Assembly: GCA_037444665.1 (NCBI GenBank)
Contig: JBBILZ010000042.1
Location: forward strand, 1 to 21,295
DNA: 21,295 bases
Direction: 5' to 3'
Source of the DNA: a candidate division WOR-3 bacterium
Lineage (GTDB): Bacteria; Hydrothermota; Tepidihabitantia; SM23-42; JAOAFX01
In this document: positions 1 to 9,156 of the stretch, piece by piece
Layout: each line of letters starts with the position of its first letter
Numbering within the stretch: position 1 is the stretch's first letter
Program-made: the position numbers and the translations under genes
Notes under the pieces: generated by a model
What the model was told of the DNA's origin: nothing
The model's database searches: none
Seen by the model: only the letters and a program-made list of their open reading frames with translations

Positions 1-636
1 ACTTCTACCAATCCAGTTTCGCTGCATCTGTTTCACACGTTCTGGCCATCCTGATAATTTATCCAGGTCATTTAATAGTCTCTCTGCGTAATCAGTAATT
101 TTGAAAAACCATTGATTTAATTTTCTCCTTTCAATGAGTGATTTACAATTAGAACGATAACAATGGCCATCAATGACCTGTTCATTTGCCAGAACAGTCT
201 GACATCCAGGGCACCAATTTACATATGCCTCTTTTTTGTAGGCAAGCCCTCGCTTATACATCAACAGAAACATCCATTGAGTCCAATCATAACTTATGCC
301 CAGCATTTTTAATGACTCATCAGAAATTCTAATATTTTCAAGGGTCCATTTACGAGGATGGAGACCAATCTCAATCGCCCTGTTTTCTGCTGGTAATCCA
401 AAGGCATCCCAGCCAAATGGATGCAAAACATCAAAACCATTACGCCTTTTATATCGTGCTATAACATCTCCAATAACATAATTTTTGCAGTGTCCCATAT
501 GAATATCGCCAGATGGATAAGCAAACATAACGAGGTCGTAATATTTTTTCCGTGGATTTTCGTTTGTAGTAAAAAGGGAGTTATCTGCCCAGTATTTTTG
601 CCACTTTTTTTCTATTGTGAGATGATTGTATTCCAT
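1..636 (-). CDS. leuS: Leucine--tRNA ligase, 5' part (runs off the left edge; absent from the ORF track)
   Basis: Manual minus-strand translation from ATG at 636 gives [16 protein letters not shown]...[13 protein letters not shown] (HIGH-type motif)...[11 protein letters not shown]...[14 protein letters not shown]...QWFFKIT...MQRNWIGRS, all typical of bacterial LeuRS. Confidence 0.97.
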   Translation of the reverse strand, partial: MEYNHLTIEKKWQKYWADNSLFTTNENPRKKYYDLVMFAYPSGDIHMGHCKNYVIGDVIARYKRRNGFDVLHPFGWDAFGLPAENRAIEIGLHPRKWTLENIRISDESLKMLGISYDWTQWMFLLMYKRGLAYKKEAYVNWCPGCQTVLANEQVIDGHCYRSNCKSLIERRKLNQWFFKITDYAERLLNDLDKLSGWPERVKQMQRNWIGRS

Positions 637-660
637 CTTCAAAAACCCGCAATCAGAACA

Positions 661-1413
661 TCAACTACCGGTCAAAATCTCTGCCCCGCATTTTTCACAA
701 TACCACGAATCTGGTGGATTAACATATCCACACTTGGGGCAGGCAATCCCCTCTTCTTTTTTCTCCTTTGCTGGCTTTTCATCAGTAGATGGTTCAAGCA
801 TCGCACTCGTCTCCATTAACAACTCATCAAGTTTCTTAACTTCATCGGGAATCTTTTCTTCAAGAATATGTTCATCTATTGTTAATTCTTCGGCTACCTT
901 TACAACCTTTTCTTCTTTCTCTTCCTTCTCTTCTTTTTCTTCTTCAATCGGTTCAGAAATCTCTTCCTTTTCAATCGCTGGCATTTCTTCAACTTCTTCA
1001 GTACCGAGTAAACCTTCATACCAGCTTATTCGCTCTTCAATCTGTTTAACCCTGTCTACTACCTGGTCAAAATTTTCTTTAACTTCGTGCTCCAGTTCTC
1101 TATATTTATCCTCACTATATTCACCAATAGAATAACGCAGCTCAATCTCTTCCAGTTGCAATTTAAAATCTTTCTGTTTTTGTGCCAGTTCACCAATTTC
1201 TTTTTTAAGGCGTTCCAGTTCCATTTTTATTAAATCGCGATTCTCGGCAATGGCTTCATCAAGATTCTTCAGTTTGACCTCATAATCATGTTTTACCTTT
1301 GTATAGACCTCATGGCTCACTGTTGCCTTTTTTTCCTCAATTTTTTTCAGCTTACCAAGCAGGTCATTCCGCTCAGCTTCTATTGCCTTTAGTTTTTCTA
1401 AATCATTTTCCAT
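661..1413 (-). CDS. Coiled-coil protein with acidic linker and C-terminal zinc ribbon (CPKC...CEKC), function unknown
   Basis: 250-aa ORF with a heptad-rich N-terminal ~135 aa, an E/K-rich linker and a CxxC-x10-CxxC ribbon. SD AAAGGAG lies upstream and the ORF overlaps the holA end. Confidence 0.85.
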   Translation of the reverse strand: MENDLEKLKAIEAERNDLLGKLKKIEEKKATVSHEVYTKVKHDYEVKLKNLDEAIAENRDLIKMELERLKKEIGELAQKQKDFKLQLEEIELRYSIGEYSEDKYRELEHEVKENFDQVVDRVKQIEERISWYEGLLGTEEVEEMPAIEKEEISEPIEEEKEEKEEKEEKVVKVAEELTIDEHILEEKIPDEVKKLDELLMETSAMLEPSTDEKPAKEKKEEGIACPKCGYVNPPDSWYCEKCGAEILTGS

Positions 1414-2335
1414 AATGTGCTCCTTTATTAAGCATACATAAATTTTTTATAAATAATATCTCCAATAAGAGATCAGCAAAATGAGAACCTGTTTTTAAAG
1501 AATTATCTATTCGCAGCAATTCAGCCGCGAGGTACCGGAATGATTTATCACTAACTTTTGAAGTGTATTTATACAAAAGGTGGCCCAGCGCATCAATTAT
1601 AGGAAGTGGTGACTTAATGAATGGCTTCAATCTGACGAATTCCTCTATTGTTTCGGGACGATGATGAAAAAAATTATTTGCCAGACGATATGCATCAAAA
1701 TCAGTCAAACCCTGAGAAATATCTTTCACCTCACCCAAGCCAAGTCGTTTTGCTTCATATAGATAATTTTCAATCTTCTGGATTTCGTTCTTCATTCCGG
1801 TTATATCATCAGCAAATTCTTCATTAAGATAATTTATAATTTCCCAGTTATTTTTGAGACCGAGAGATTCCATCTTTTTTGTTATCCAGCGTTGAATCGT
1901 TACTGCATCTGGCATAAGCACAAGACACTGTGCGCCAGGAAATAATTCAAGCACCTTCTTGTAATTCTCAGCACGATGGCTATATTCATTTTTTTTATCA
2001 ATCTGATATACCATTATCAGACAGGTTGATATTGGGACACGAACCAGCATATGTGCAAACTCTTTTAAATCAGCATAATTTTCCTTCTCAATATCTCTCA
2101 ATACAAGCATTCTTTTTGTTGATGTAAAAGGCGCAGTCAAAATTTTATTGATAATTTCCGAATATTCATTTTCTTTAATGGAGCAGGTTTCAAAATCAAA
2201 TGCTTCGTCAATACTCAGAGCATTTTTGATATCATTGATTGTATTGTTAATAAGCAATGGTTCATCACTGACCAGAAAATAGTGATTGTGTATGATTTTC
2301 TTTTTCAATTGCTCTTTCAGTTCCTTCTCAATCAT
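1403..2335 (-). CDS. holA: DNA polymerase III subunit delta
   Basis: 310 aa with Y-F-L-x-x-D-E N-terminus, TAPFTSTKRMLVL, NEIQKIENY and C-terminal LLRIDNSLKTG motifs typical of HolA. Proximity to leuS is common for holA. Confidence 0.8.
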   Translation of the reverse strand: MIEKELKEQLKKKIIHNHYFLVSDEPLLINNTINDIKNALSIDEAFDFETCSIKENEYSEIINKILTAPFTSTKRMLVLRDIEKENYADLKEFAHMLVRVPISTCLIMVYQIDKKNEYSHRAENYKKVLELFPGAQCLVLMPDAVTIQRWITKKMESLGLKNNWEIINYLNEEFADDITGMKNEIQKIENYLYEAKRLGLGEVKDISQGLTDFDAYRLANNFFHHRPETIEEFVRLKPFIKSPLPIIDALGHLLYKYTSKVSDKSFRYLAAELLRIDNSLKTGSHFADLLLEILFIKNLCMLNKGAHYGK

Positions 2336-2341
2336 ATTACT

Positions 2342-2369
2342 ATTTTACATAAAATTTAATATCTGTCAA
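2342..2369 (-). promoter_or_regulatory. Sigma70-type promoter for the holA operon (TTGACA-N16-TAAAAT), 6 nt before the ATG
   Basis: The minus strand reads TTGACA gatattaaattttatg TAAAAT agtaat ATG. Confidence 0.75.
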
Positions 2370-2382
2370 GTAAAAAAATGTT

Positions 2383-2398
2383 GATTGTATATACAATC
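2383..2398. promoter_or_regulatory. Perfect 16-bp palindrome GATTGTATATACAATC, candidate operator
   Basis: Perfect inverted repeat between the two divergent -35 boxes. It extends to 2379-2403 with a single-base bulge. Confidence 0.5.
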
Positions 2399-2422
2399 CA
2401 ACACGGTTAATAAATTTTTATA

Positions 2423-2450
2423 TTGACTTTTTGGTACAAACGGATAGAAT
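2423..2450 (+). promoter_or_regulatory. Sigma70-type promoter for the ispF operon (TTGACT-N16-TAGAAT), 6 nt before the ATG
   Basis: TTGACT ttttggtacaaacgga TAGAAT agtatt ATG. Confidence 0.72.
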
Positions 2451-2456
2451 AGTATT

Positions 2457-2945
2457 ATGGTGGGAATTGGCTATGATATCCACAGACTCGTTGAGGACCG
2501 GCCATTATATCTTGGTGGGGTAAAAATAGACTTCCATCTTGGTCTGCTCGGGCATTCAGATGGTGATGTGCTACTACATGCCATCTGTGACGCACTTTTA
2601 GGAGCAGCAAACTTGGGAGATATTGGTGCCCATTTTCCACCTGATGAAAAAAAATATAAAGATATTTCAAGTTTGAAACTTTTAAAAAAAGTAGGTGATT
2701 TTTTAAAGAATTCAGGGTTCTTTACCAAAAACATTGATGTTGTTGTTATTGCGGAAAAACCTAAGATCCTACCCTATATTCCGGAAATGAAGAAGCAGAT
2801 TGCCCATGCTCTATCAATTGCTCCGGAACATATTTCAATCAAAGGTAAAACAAATGAAGGAATTGGCGATATTGGTACTGGTAAAGCAATTGCCGCATTC
2901 GCCATATGCGAAATAGGAAGAATATATGATTCCTTTGAAAGATGA
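2457..2945 (+). CDS. ispF: 2-C-methyl-D-erythritol 2,4-cyclodiphosphate synthase
   Basis: GIGYDIH, LGGV, GHSDGDVLLHAICDALLGAA, GDIGAHFP and KGKTNEG motifs; 162 aa. Confidence 0.97.
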   Translation: MVGIGYDIHRLVEDRPLYLGGVKIDFHLGLLGHSDGDVLLHAICDALLGAANLGDIGAHFPPDEKKYKDISSLKLLKKVGDFLKNSGFFTKNIDVVVIAEKPKILPYIPEMKKQIAHALSIAPEHISIKGKTNEGIGDIGTGKAIAAFAICEIGRIYDSFER

Positions 2946-3594
2946 AATTAAATCTTATTCAAAGCCGATAATAACTTATATTATTTTATCCATAAATATT
3001 CTTGTATACATATATGAATTTGCCCTGGGATATAATAAACAAGCCTTTATTTATCAATTTGGAACAATTCCTTATGACCTGTTCAATCCTGCCGGGTTTT
3101 ACCCTTATTTGACAGTCCTTACGAGTATGTTCATCCATGCAAATTTTATGCATATACTGGGTAATATGCTCTTCTTATGGGTATTTGCTGATAATGTTGA
3201 AGACCGATTAGGCCATATAAAATTTGCTATCTTCTATCTTGTCTGCGGCATTGGTGCAGTATTTCTTCATAGTATTACAACCCCAAATTCAAAGATTCCA
3301 ATGGTAGGAGCAAGTGGAGCCATATCCGGTATATTGGGCGCTTATGTCATATTCTTTCCCCGTGCCCGCATCCTTTCTCTCATTCCATTGGGATTTTTCC
3401 TGCGCATCGCCTATTTACCTTCACTATTCTTCATCGGGATATGGTTTTTATACCAGTTCTTTTTAGGATTTGTGTCAATGGGTGTCGGTGGCGGCGGTGT
3501 TGCCTATTTTGCGCATATTGGCGGATTTATTGTTGGTTTATTATTCAGCCTTCCTTTTAGAAGACCCAGACATAAGGATTATGAAATATTTTAA
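2926..3594 (+). CDS. Rhomboid-family intramembrane serine protease
   Basis: MIPLKD start, TSMFIHANFMHILGNMLFLW, catalytic GASG and AHIGG, multiple transmembrane segments. Confidence 0.93.
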   Translation: MIPLKDEIKSYSKPIITYIILSINILVYIYEFALGYNKQAFIYQFGTIPYDLFNPAGFYPYLTVLTSMFIHANFMHILGNMLFLWVFADNVEDRLGHIKFAIFYLVCGIGAVFLHSITTPNSKIPMVGASGAISGILGAYVIFFPRARILSLIPLGFFLRIAYLPSLFFIGIWFLYQFFLGFVSMGVGGGGVAYFAHIGGFIVGLLFSLPFRRPRHKDYEIF

Positions 3595-3606
3595 TAAGGA
3601 GGCAAT

Positions 3607-6282
3607 ATGTTAACAATTATTATAATTATCAGCAGTTTGTATAATTATCGTGCTCCGCTCGTTGAAAAAGTAGACCCAAGGTGCTATCAAAAAGAATATG
3701 TCCGTGCCTGGGTCTTCTTTACTGACAAAGGCATAACTACTGACCAGATTGGCAGGGCACTTATGCTCACCAGAAATAGTTTGAACAAAAATACCCTGAA
3801 CAGGCGAATTTTGCGCAATGGAACTATTGACTACGCCGACCTCCCGGTGTGTGAAGATTATATAAGCACAATTGAAAACTTTGGTGCCACGCTTTTGCAC
3901 CGTTCCAGATGGCTCAATGGTGCAAGTTTTATCATTAATCGTGATGTACTTGAAAAGATTGCCCGACTTGACTTTGTATACAAGATTATGTCTGTTGCTG
4001 GATATAAAGATATAAAGGAGGCTGAAGTTGCACTGCAGGATACAGATGGTGTATATACAACACAACAATTAAAGATGTTTAACATTGACTCACTCCATAA
4101 ACTTGCTGTTTTTGGTTCAAATATAAAGATTGGTTTTCTTGATACAGGTTTGCGCAGAACCCATGTCGCAGTAGAGAGTGTAAATGTTCTTGCCGAATAT
4201 GATTTTCTGAGCGGAGACCAGCTCTATTTAAATAACATCCCAATTACATCAAAGTACGGCACATATACAGAAATAATGTATCATAAGCAGACCAATCGTG
4301 ATAATCTATTTTTTATTGGCGACACAAGTTATGTCTATATGCCAACAAGGGATATTCTCTGGATTTATTCTTCAGATAATGGAAATAGCTGGAGCATTCC
4401 GAAGAAATTAACAAACAATGCCAATAATAATTGGGTAACTGAAATCTCGGTCTGTGGTCAGGATTCCATATTTGTTTTTTATTGCAATAGAAGTGGATTG
4501 AACTATTTTGTGCTCCAGGATACAACAATCATTGCTGGACCATACTTAATCACGAGTGGTTATGAAAATCCAAGGGCAGTTCAGTATAATGATACAGTTT
4601 ATCTATTTTGTCGGGACAAAAACAATATCTATCTGCGCAAGGGCAATATAAGTGGATTTCCAAACCAATTATTAATCGTTTCGGATTCAGCAAATCTTAA
4701 ACTTTCATCTGCCTTTACCGGGCAGTCAAAGATCGGAATATTTTATTATCAATTCCCTGACGATTCAATCTTTTTTCTCTGGTCAGGATTACCCGCAGAT
4801 ACATTCCACAATAAGTACACTGGTCTAATTGGAAAAGACCCCTCAGTAATATGTGCGGGTGACACAATATTTACTGTTTATAAAGATGGCTCAAACCCAC
4901 CATTTTTTAAGGTCGCCTTTTTCCGCACTGATGATTTTGGCAATAGTTTTAGCACACCACTCTATCTTTCGGATGACTTACTCTCCATTGGTAAGGTAAG
5001 CATAAATCGTCAGGCAGGTACTATTACAGTCGCATGGGAAACGAATGGCGGGATATATAAACGCCAGTCATATGATAATGGCACAAGTTTTACCCCTGTT
5101 GATTCAATCAATAAAGAATTCGTGTATTTACCCACATTGAGTTTAATAGGTTCTGAGGTAAATTGTATATATTGTCAGCGCGGTGACAATAATACTGATG
5201 GTTATTCTCCAAATGACCCGAACTACTTCCATCCCCGGCATGGCACTGAAATGCTCGGTTTAGTTGGTGGGTATGCTCCCAAAAATTATATTGGTGTAGC
5301 ACCCGGTGCCCAATTTATCGTTGCCAAAACAGAAAATCCAGATTCATTATACGAATTTCCTATAGAAGAAGATACATATATTGCAGGGCTTGAATGGGCT
5401 GAGGCACAGGGTGCAGATATTATTTCAAGTTCACTCGGCTATACAGACTGGTATAACTGGCCTTATGATTATGATGGAAAAACTTCACCCGCATCCATTG
5501 CTGCTTATGAAGCAACAAAAAGAGGGGTCATTGTTGTTACTGCCGCAGGTAATGTCGCAGTACCACAACTTGTAGTGCCTGGTGATGCAATAGATGTAAT
5601 AACTGTAGGTGGTATAGATTCTACATTTACACGCTGGGAGTATTCAGGCAGGGGTCCGACCTATGATGGTAGATTAAAACCCGAGATTGTCTGCCTTTCC
5701 GCAGCACCAGTAGTAGTTAACCCGGATGAAAAGAACAGTTATTTATATTCGTTTGGCACATCTGGAGCAACGGCAATGGTCACTGGTATCTGTGCATTAT
5801 TGCTTGAGGGGCATCCCCAATGGACAGTTGATTCAATCAGAACCGCACTATTTGCAACTGCAAGCTTTGCCAGTTCTCCGAGCGACAGTATAGGCTATGG
5901 CTGGCCCGATGCAGTAAAGGCATTCTATTATAGAACACCAGATATAACCCCGGTAAAAAAATGTTCATTCCTTGACCCATTTCCAAATCCATTTACTATT
6001 GGCATCCATAACAATATCTATGTTCCCTTTGTATTAGACACAAAGACATTCGTTGATTTTCGCATCTATTCAATCAGTGGTAAACTCATCAAGAAAATAG
6101 AGTCCAGTAGATTGTATGCTCCAGGCCGTTATACAGATACAAATCCACTCTCTCCGAATGCAGCATTAATCTGGGATGGAAAGGATGAAAATGGAAATTA
6201 TGTGGGCAGTGGTATCTATTACTGTTTTATGAATACTTATGGTGCGGGAAATGATATTACAAAATTTGTTGTAGTTAAATAA
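3607..6282 (+). CDS. Secreted S8 (subtilisin-like) serine peptidase with inserted Asp-box beta-propeller and C-terminal FlgD/T9SS-like domain
   Basis: Catalytic D179 (FLDTG), H545 (HGT), oxyanion N649 (AAGN) and S719 (GTSGA). N-terminal prodomain (WVFFTDK...SRWLNGAS). C-terminus PFPNPF...IYSISGKLIK...WDGKDENGNYVGSGIYY. SD AAGGAGG at 3596-3602. Confidence 0.9.
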   Translation: MLTIIIIISSLYNYRAPLVEKVDPRCYQKEYVRAWVFFTDKGITTDQIGRALMLTRNSLNKNTLNRRILRNGTIDYADLPVCEDYISTIENFGATLLHRSRWLNGASFIINRDVLEKIARLDFVYKIMSVAGYKDIKEAEVALQDTDGVYTTQQLKMFNIDSLHKLAVFGSNIKIGFLDTGLRRTHVAVESVNVLAEYDFLSGDQLYLNNIPITSKYGTYTEIMYHKQTNRDNLFFIGDTSYVYMPTRDILWIYSSDNGNSWSIPKKLTNNANNNWVTEISVCGQDSIFVFYCNRSGLNYFVLQDTTIIAGPYLITSGYENPRAVQYNDTVYLFCRDKNNIYLRKGNISGFPNQLLIVSDSANLKLSSAFTGQSKIGIFYYQFPDDSIFFLWSGLPADTFHNKYTGLIGKDPSVICAGDTIFTVYKDGSNPPFFKVAFFRTDDFGNSFSTPLYLSDDLLSIGKVSINRQAGTITVAWETNGGIYKRQSYDNGTSFTPVDSINKEFVYLPTLSLIGSEVNCIYCQRGDNNTDGYSPNDPNYFHPRHGTEMLGLVGGYAPKNYIGVAPGAQFIVAKTENPDSLYEFPIEEDTYIAGLEWAEAQGADIISSSLGYTDWYNWPYDYDGKTSPASIAAYEATKRGVIVVTAAGNVAVPQLVVPGDAIDVITVGGIDSTFTRWEYSGRGPTYDGRLKPEIVCLSAAPVVVNPDEKNSYLYSFGTSGATAMVTGICALLLEGHPQWTVDSIRTALFATASFASSPSDSIGYGWPDAVKAFYYRTPDITPVKKCSFLDPFPNPFTIGIHNNIYVPFVLDTKTFVDFRIYSISGKLIKKIESSRLYAPGRYTDTNPLSPNAALIWDGKDENGNYVGSGIYYCFMNTYGAGNDITKFVVVK

Positions 6283-6332
6283 CCAAGGGTTTTAATGGTA
6301 AGACTATTTGATGTATCATTCAGGAGGTAATT

Positions 6333-7652
6333 ATGTTAGAGAAATTTTTTAAATTAAAAGAAAATAATACAACCGTAAAAATAGAGATCCTTGCCGGCAT
6401 AACCACATTTATGACTATGGCATATATTATCGCTGCCAATCCATTGATTCTTCAGGCAGCGGGTATGGACAAAGGTGCTGTTACGCTTGCAACCTGTATA
6501 GTGGCAGGGCTAATAAGCATTGCAATGGGTCTATTATCAAACTATCCCATTGCCCTGGCACCGGGTATGGGTTTGAATGCATTCTTTGCCTATTCAATCT
6601 GTGCTGGTATGGGCATTGACTGGCGCATTGGTCTGGGCTTCTTTTTTATAGAGGGGATTATAATTGTTATTATCACCCTGACCAAATTAAGGGAAATTAT
6701 TATTGATTCTATTCCATTCACGCTCAAATGCGCAGTGAGCGTTGGAATCGGTCTTTTCCTTGCCTTTATTGGATTTGAGCAGGCAGGCATTATAACCAAA
6801 GACCCAATCACCTTTGTGAAAATCTCTCCATTTGCCCATCCTGATGTCTATCCTAAAATTATTTTAGCAGGAATAGTCCTTTTGACTACTACAGTACTTC
6901 TGGTAAAAAGAGTAAAAGGAGCGATACTCATCGGCATCCTGATTGGTGCAATTTTGAGCTTTATCCCATTCTTCCGCACAAAAGGTGAAATGCTACAATT
7001 CCTACGACCTTCTCTAACCCCAACCTTTTTCAAATTAAATATTATTGGCGCCTTACAATGGTCATTCATTACCATAATCTTTACCCTGCTATTCGTTGAT
7101 TTCTTTGATACTGCTGGAACAGTTATTGGATTGGCAGTAAAGGCAAAGTTTGTGGATGAAAAGGGACGTATCCCGCGCATTGGCAGGGTGCTCTTTGCAG
7201 ATTCATTAGGACCAGTATTAGGTGCACTTGTAGGTACATCCACTGTAACATCTTATATTGAGAGTGCTGCGGGCATTGAAGAAGGTGGCAGAACAGGTTT
7301 AACTGCAGTTACCACCGGCATATTATTTTTAATTGCCATATTTGCTGCGCCACTTGTAGGCTTTATACCTTCGGTTGCAATCGCACCGGCATTAATTATT
7401 GTCGGAATAATGATGATGGAATCAGTAATAAAAATAGACTTTTCAGACTATTCTGAAGCAGTTCCCGCATTTATCACGATTGCCAGTATGCCATTTACCT
7501 ATAGTATTTCAAATGGTATATCGCTCGGTTTTCTTTCTTATGTGCTGATAAAATTATTGAGCGGTAAAGGTAAAGAGGTCTCTGTTATAATGTATATACT
7601 CGCGGTATTCTTTTTAATCTTCTTTATTGTTAGCCCGGTATTCAAGCAATGA
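6333..7652 (+). CDS. NCS2/AzgA-like purine (adenine/guanine/hypoxanthine) permease
   Basis: EILAGITTFMTMAYI, APGMGLNAFF, FFDTAGT and TSYIESAAGIEEGGRTGL motifs; hydrophobic 439 aa. SD AGGAGGT at 6322-6328. Confidence 0.93.
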   Translation: MLEKFFKLKENNTTVKIEILAGITTFMTMAYIIAANPLILQAAGMDKGAVTLATCIVAGLISIAMGLLSNYPIALAPGMGLNAFFAYSICAGMGIDWRIGLGFFFIEGIIIVIITLTKLREIIIDSIPFTLKCAVSVGIGLFLAFIGFEQAGIITKDPITFVKISPFAHPDVYPKIILAGIVLLTTTVLLVKRVKGAILIGILIGAILSFIPFFRTKGEMLQFLRPSLTPTFFKLNIIGALQWSFITIIFTLLFVDFFDTAGTVIGLAVKAKFVDEKGRIPRIGRVLFADSLGPVLGALVGTSTVTSYIESAAGIEEGGRTGLTAVTTGILFLIAIFAAPLVGFIPSVAIAPALIIVGIMMMESVIKIDFSDYSEAVPAFITIASMPFTYSISNGISLGFLSYVLIKLLSGKGKEVSVIMYILAVFFLIFFIVSPVFKQ

Positions 7653-8764
7653 AACTCAGTAAAACACCCTTGATGCCGATCGCCCTGATTGCTCCTCCTG
7701 GCGGAAAAGAACTTGCCCGATTAGTAGATAGAGAACTTGTGAAGAGGCGCTATCCCCGTCAAAAAAACAGTACATTTATCAAACCCTGTGAATGTCCAAG
7801 ATTTGCAAATGGTGAAGCAAAGGCAGTTCTCTATGAGTCTATCCGTGGTTATGATGTTTATATTATTGCAGATATAGGCAATTACGGGTGCAGATTCACT
7901 ATTCAGGGCATTGAGAGTCCGATGAGTCCGGATGACCATTTTCAGGATATTAAAAGGGTAGTTGCAGCAATCGGTGGCAGGGCAAATAGAATAAATGTCA
8001 TTATGCCACTATTATATCAGAGCAGACAGCACAAAAGAACTGCACGGGAATCACTTGATTGCGCATTAGCATTACAGGAATTACAAAACCTTGGTGTAAA
8101 GAATCTAATAACCTTTGATGCCCATAATTCACATGTGCAGAATGCAGTTCCGCTGATGGGTTTTGAGAATCTCCATGCCAGTTATCAAATAATTCGCTTG
8201 CTTTTAGAAAATGAAAAAGACCTGATTGTTGATAAAGAAAAATTAATCGTTGTAAGCCCGGATGAAGGGGCAGTTGACCGTTGTCTTTATTATGCTAATA
8301 GTCTGGGTGTAGAACTTGGGTTATTCTATAAGCGACGCGATACTACAAGGATTGTGGATGGAAAGAATCCCATTATCAAACATGAATTTCTTGGAGCAAG
8401 CCTTACTAACAAAGATGTGCTCATCATTGATGATATGCTCGCCTCAGGACAATCAATGCTTTTATCTGCAAAAGAATTAAAAAAATCTGGTGCACGCAAT
8501 ATCTATGTGATTGTAACCTTTGCCCTGCTCACTGATAATGGTGTGAAACTTTTTGACCAGGCATATAACGAAAAGTTAATAAAAAGGGTATATGCAACAA
8601 ACCTTACTTATAGAAATCAAGGATTGAAAAACGCACCCTGGTTTAAAGAAGTTGATGTTTCTGAATTTATTGCCTATTTTATTGACCAGTTTAACCGTGA
8701 AGAATCAATCAGCGCCTTACTTGATACATCAAAAAAGATTTCAAAATTCTTAAAGAGGCGATGA
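7649..8764 (+). CDS. prs: Ribose-phosphate pyrophosphokinase (PRPP synthetase), long type
   Basis: RFANGE, MPLLYQSRQ, TFDAH, VVSPDEGA and the PRPP-binding VLIIDDMLASGQS motif. ATGA overlap with the permease. Confidence 0.92.
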   Translation: MKLSKTPLMPIALIAPPGGKELARLVDRELVKRRYPRQKNSTFIKPCECPRFANGEAKAVLYESIRGYDVYIIADIGNYGCRFTIQGIESPMSPDDHFQDIKRVVAAIGGRANRINVIMPLLYQSRQHKRTARESLDCALALQELQNLGVKNLITFDAHNSHVQNAVPLMGFENLHASYQIIRLLLENEKDLIVDKEKLIVVSPDEGAVDRCLYYANSLGVELGLFYKRRDTTRIVDGKNPIIKHEFLGASLTNKDVLIIDDMLASGQSMLLSAKELKKSGARNIYVIVTFALLTDNGVKLFDQAYNEKLIKRVYATNLTYRNQGLKNAPWFKEVDVSEFIAYFIDQFNREESISALLDTSKKISKFLKRR

Positions 8765-9130
8765 TTGATATTTGTAATCCACGAGCATAAAGCAACACAC
8801 CTGCACTGGGACCTGCGCCTTGAAATGGATGGAGTATTAAAATCCTGGGCAGTTCCAAAAAGGCCACCAACAAAGCCTGATGTAAAAAGGCTCTGCATAC
8901 AAGTAGAAGACCATGATTTAAGTTATGCAAACTTTGAAGGCGAAATTCCTGAAGGAATGTATGGTGCAGGTACAGTCAAAATCTGGGACAAAGGCGAGTG
9001 GCATGCAACATTCCATAATGAAAACTCCATCAAATTTCGTGCATTTGGAAAGATATTTAAAGGAATTTATGTGCTCTTTAAATTTCCTAAAGCAGGCAAA
9101 AACTCCTGGTTATTATTTATGACCAAATAA
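8765..9130 (+). CDS. Stand-alone LigD-type 3'-phosphoesterase (PE) domain protein
   Basis: FVIHEH-x3-HLHWDLRLE-x2-GVLKSWAVPK, VEDH-x3-Y, FEGEIPEGMYGAGTVKIWDKG. TTG start immediately after the prs TGA. Confidence 0.92.
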   Translation: MIFVIHEHKATHLHWDLRLEMDGVLKSWAVPKRPPTKPDVKRLCIQVEDHDLSYANFEGEIPEGMYGAGTVKIWDKGEWHATFHNENSIKFRAFGKIFKGIYVLFKFPKAGKNSWLLFMTK

Positions 9131-9156
9131 ACACACATATTTCCATTCTGACTTCC

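Noticed and set aside
296..1135. Plus-strand ORFs 296-481, 421-819 and 626-1135
   Set aside because: Antisense shadows of leuS and the E/K-rich coiled-coil gene; the Ser/Phe-rich translation is the expected mirror.
4219..5181. Intein in the S8 protease
   Set aside because: No N-terminal Cys/Ser, no C-terminal His-Asn and no LAGLIDADG motifs; it has Asp-box repeats instead.
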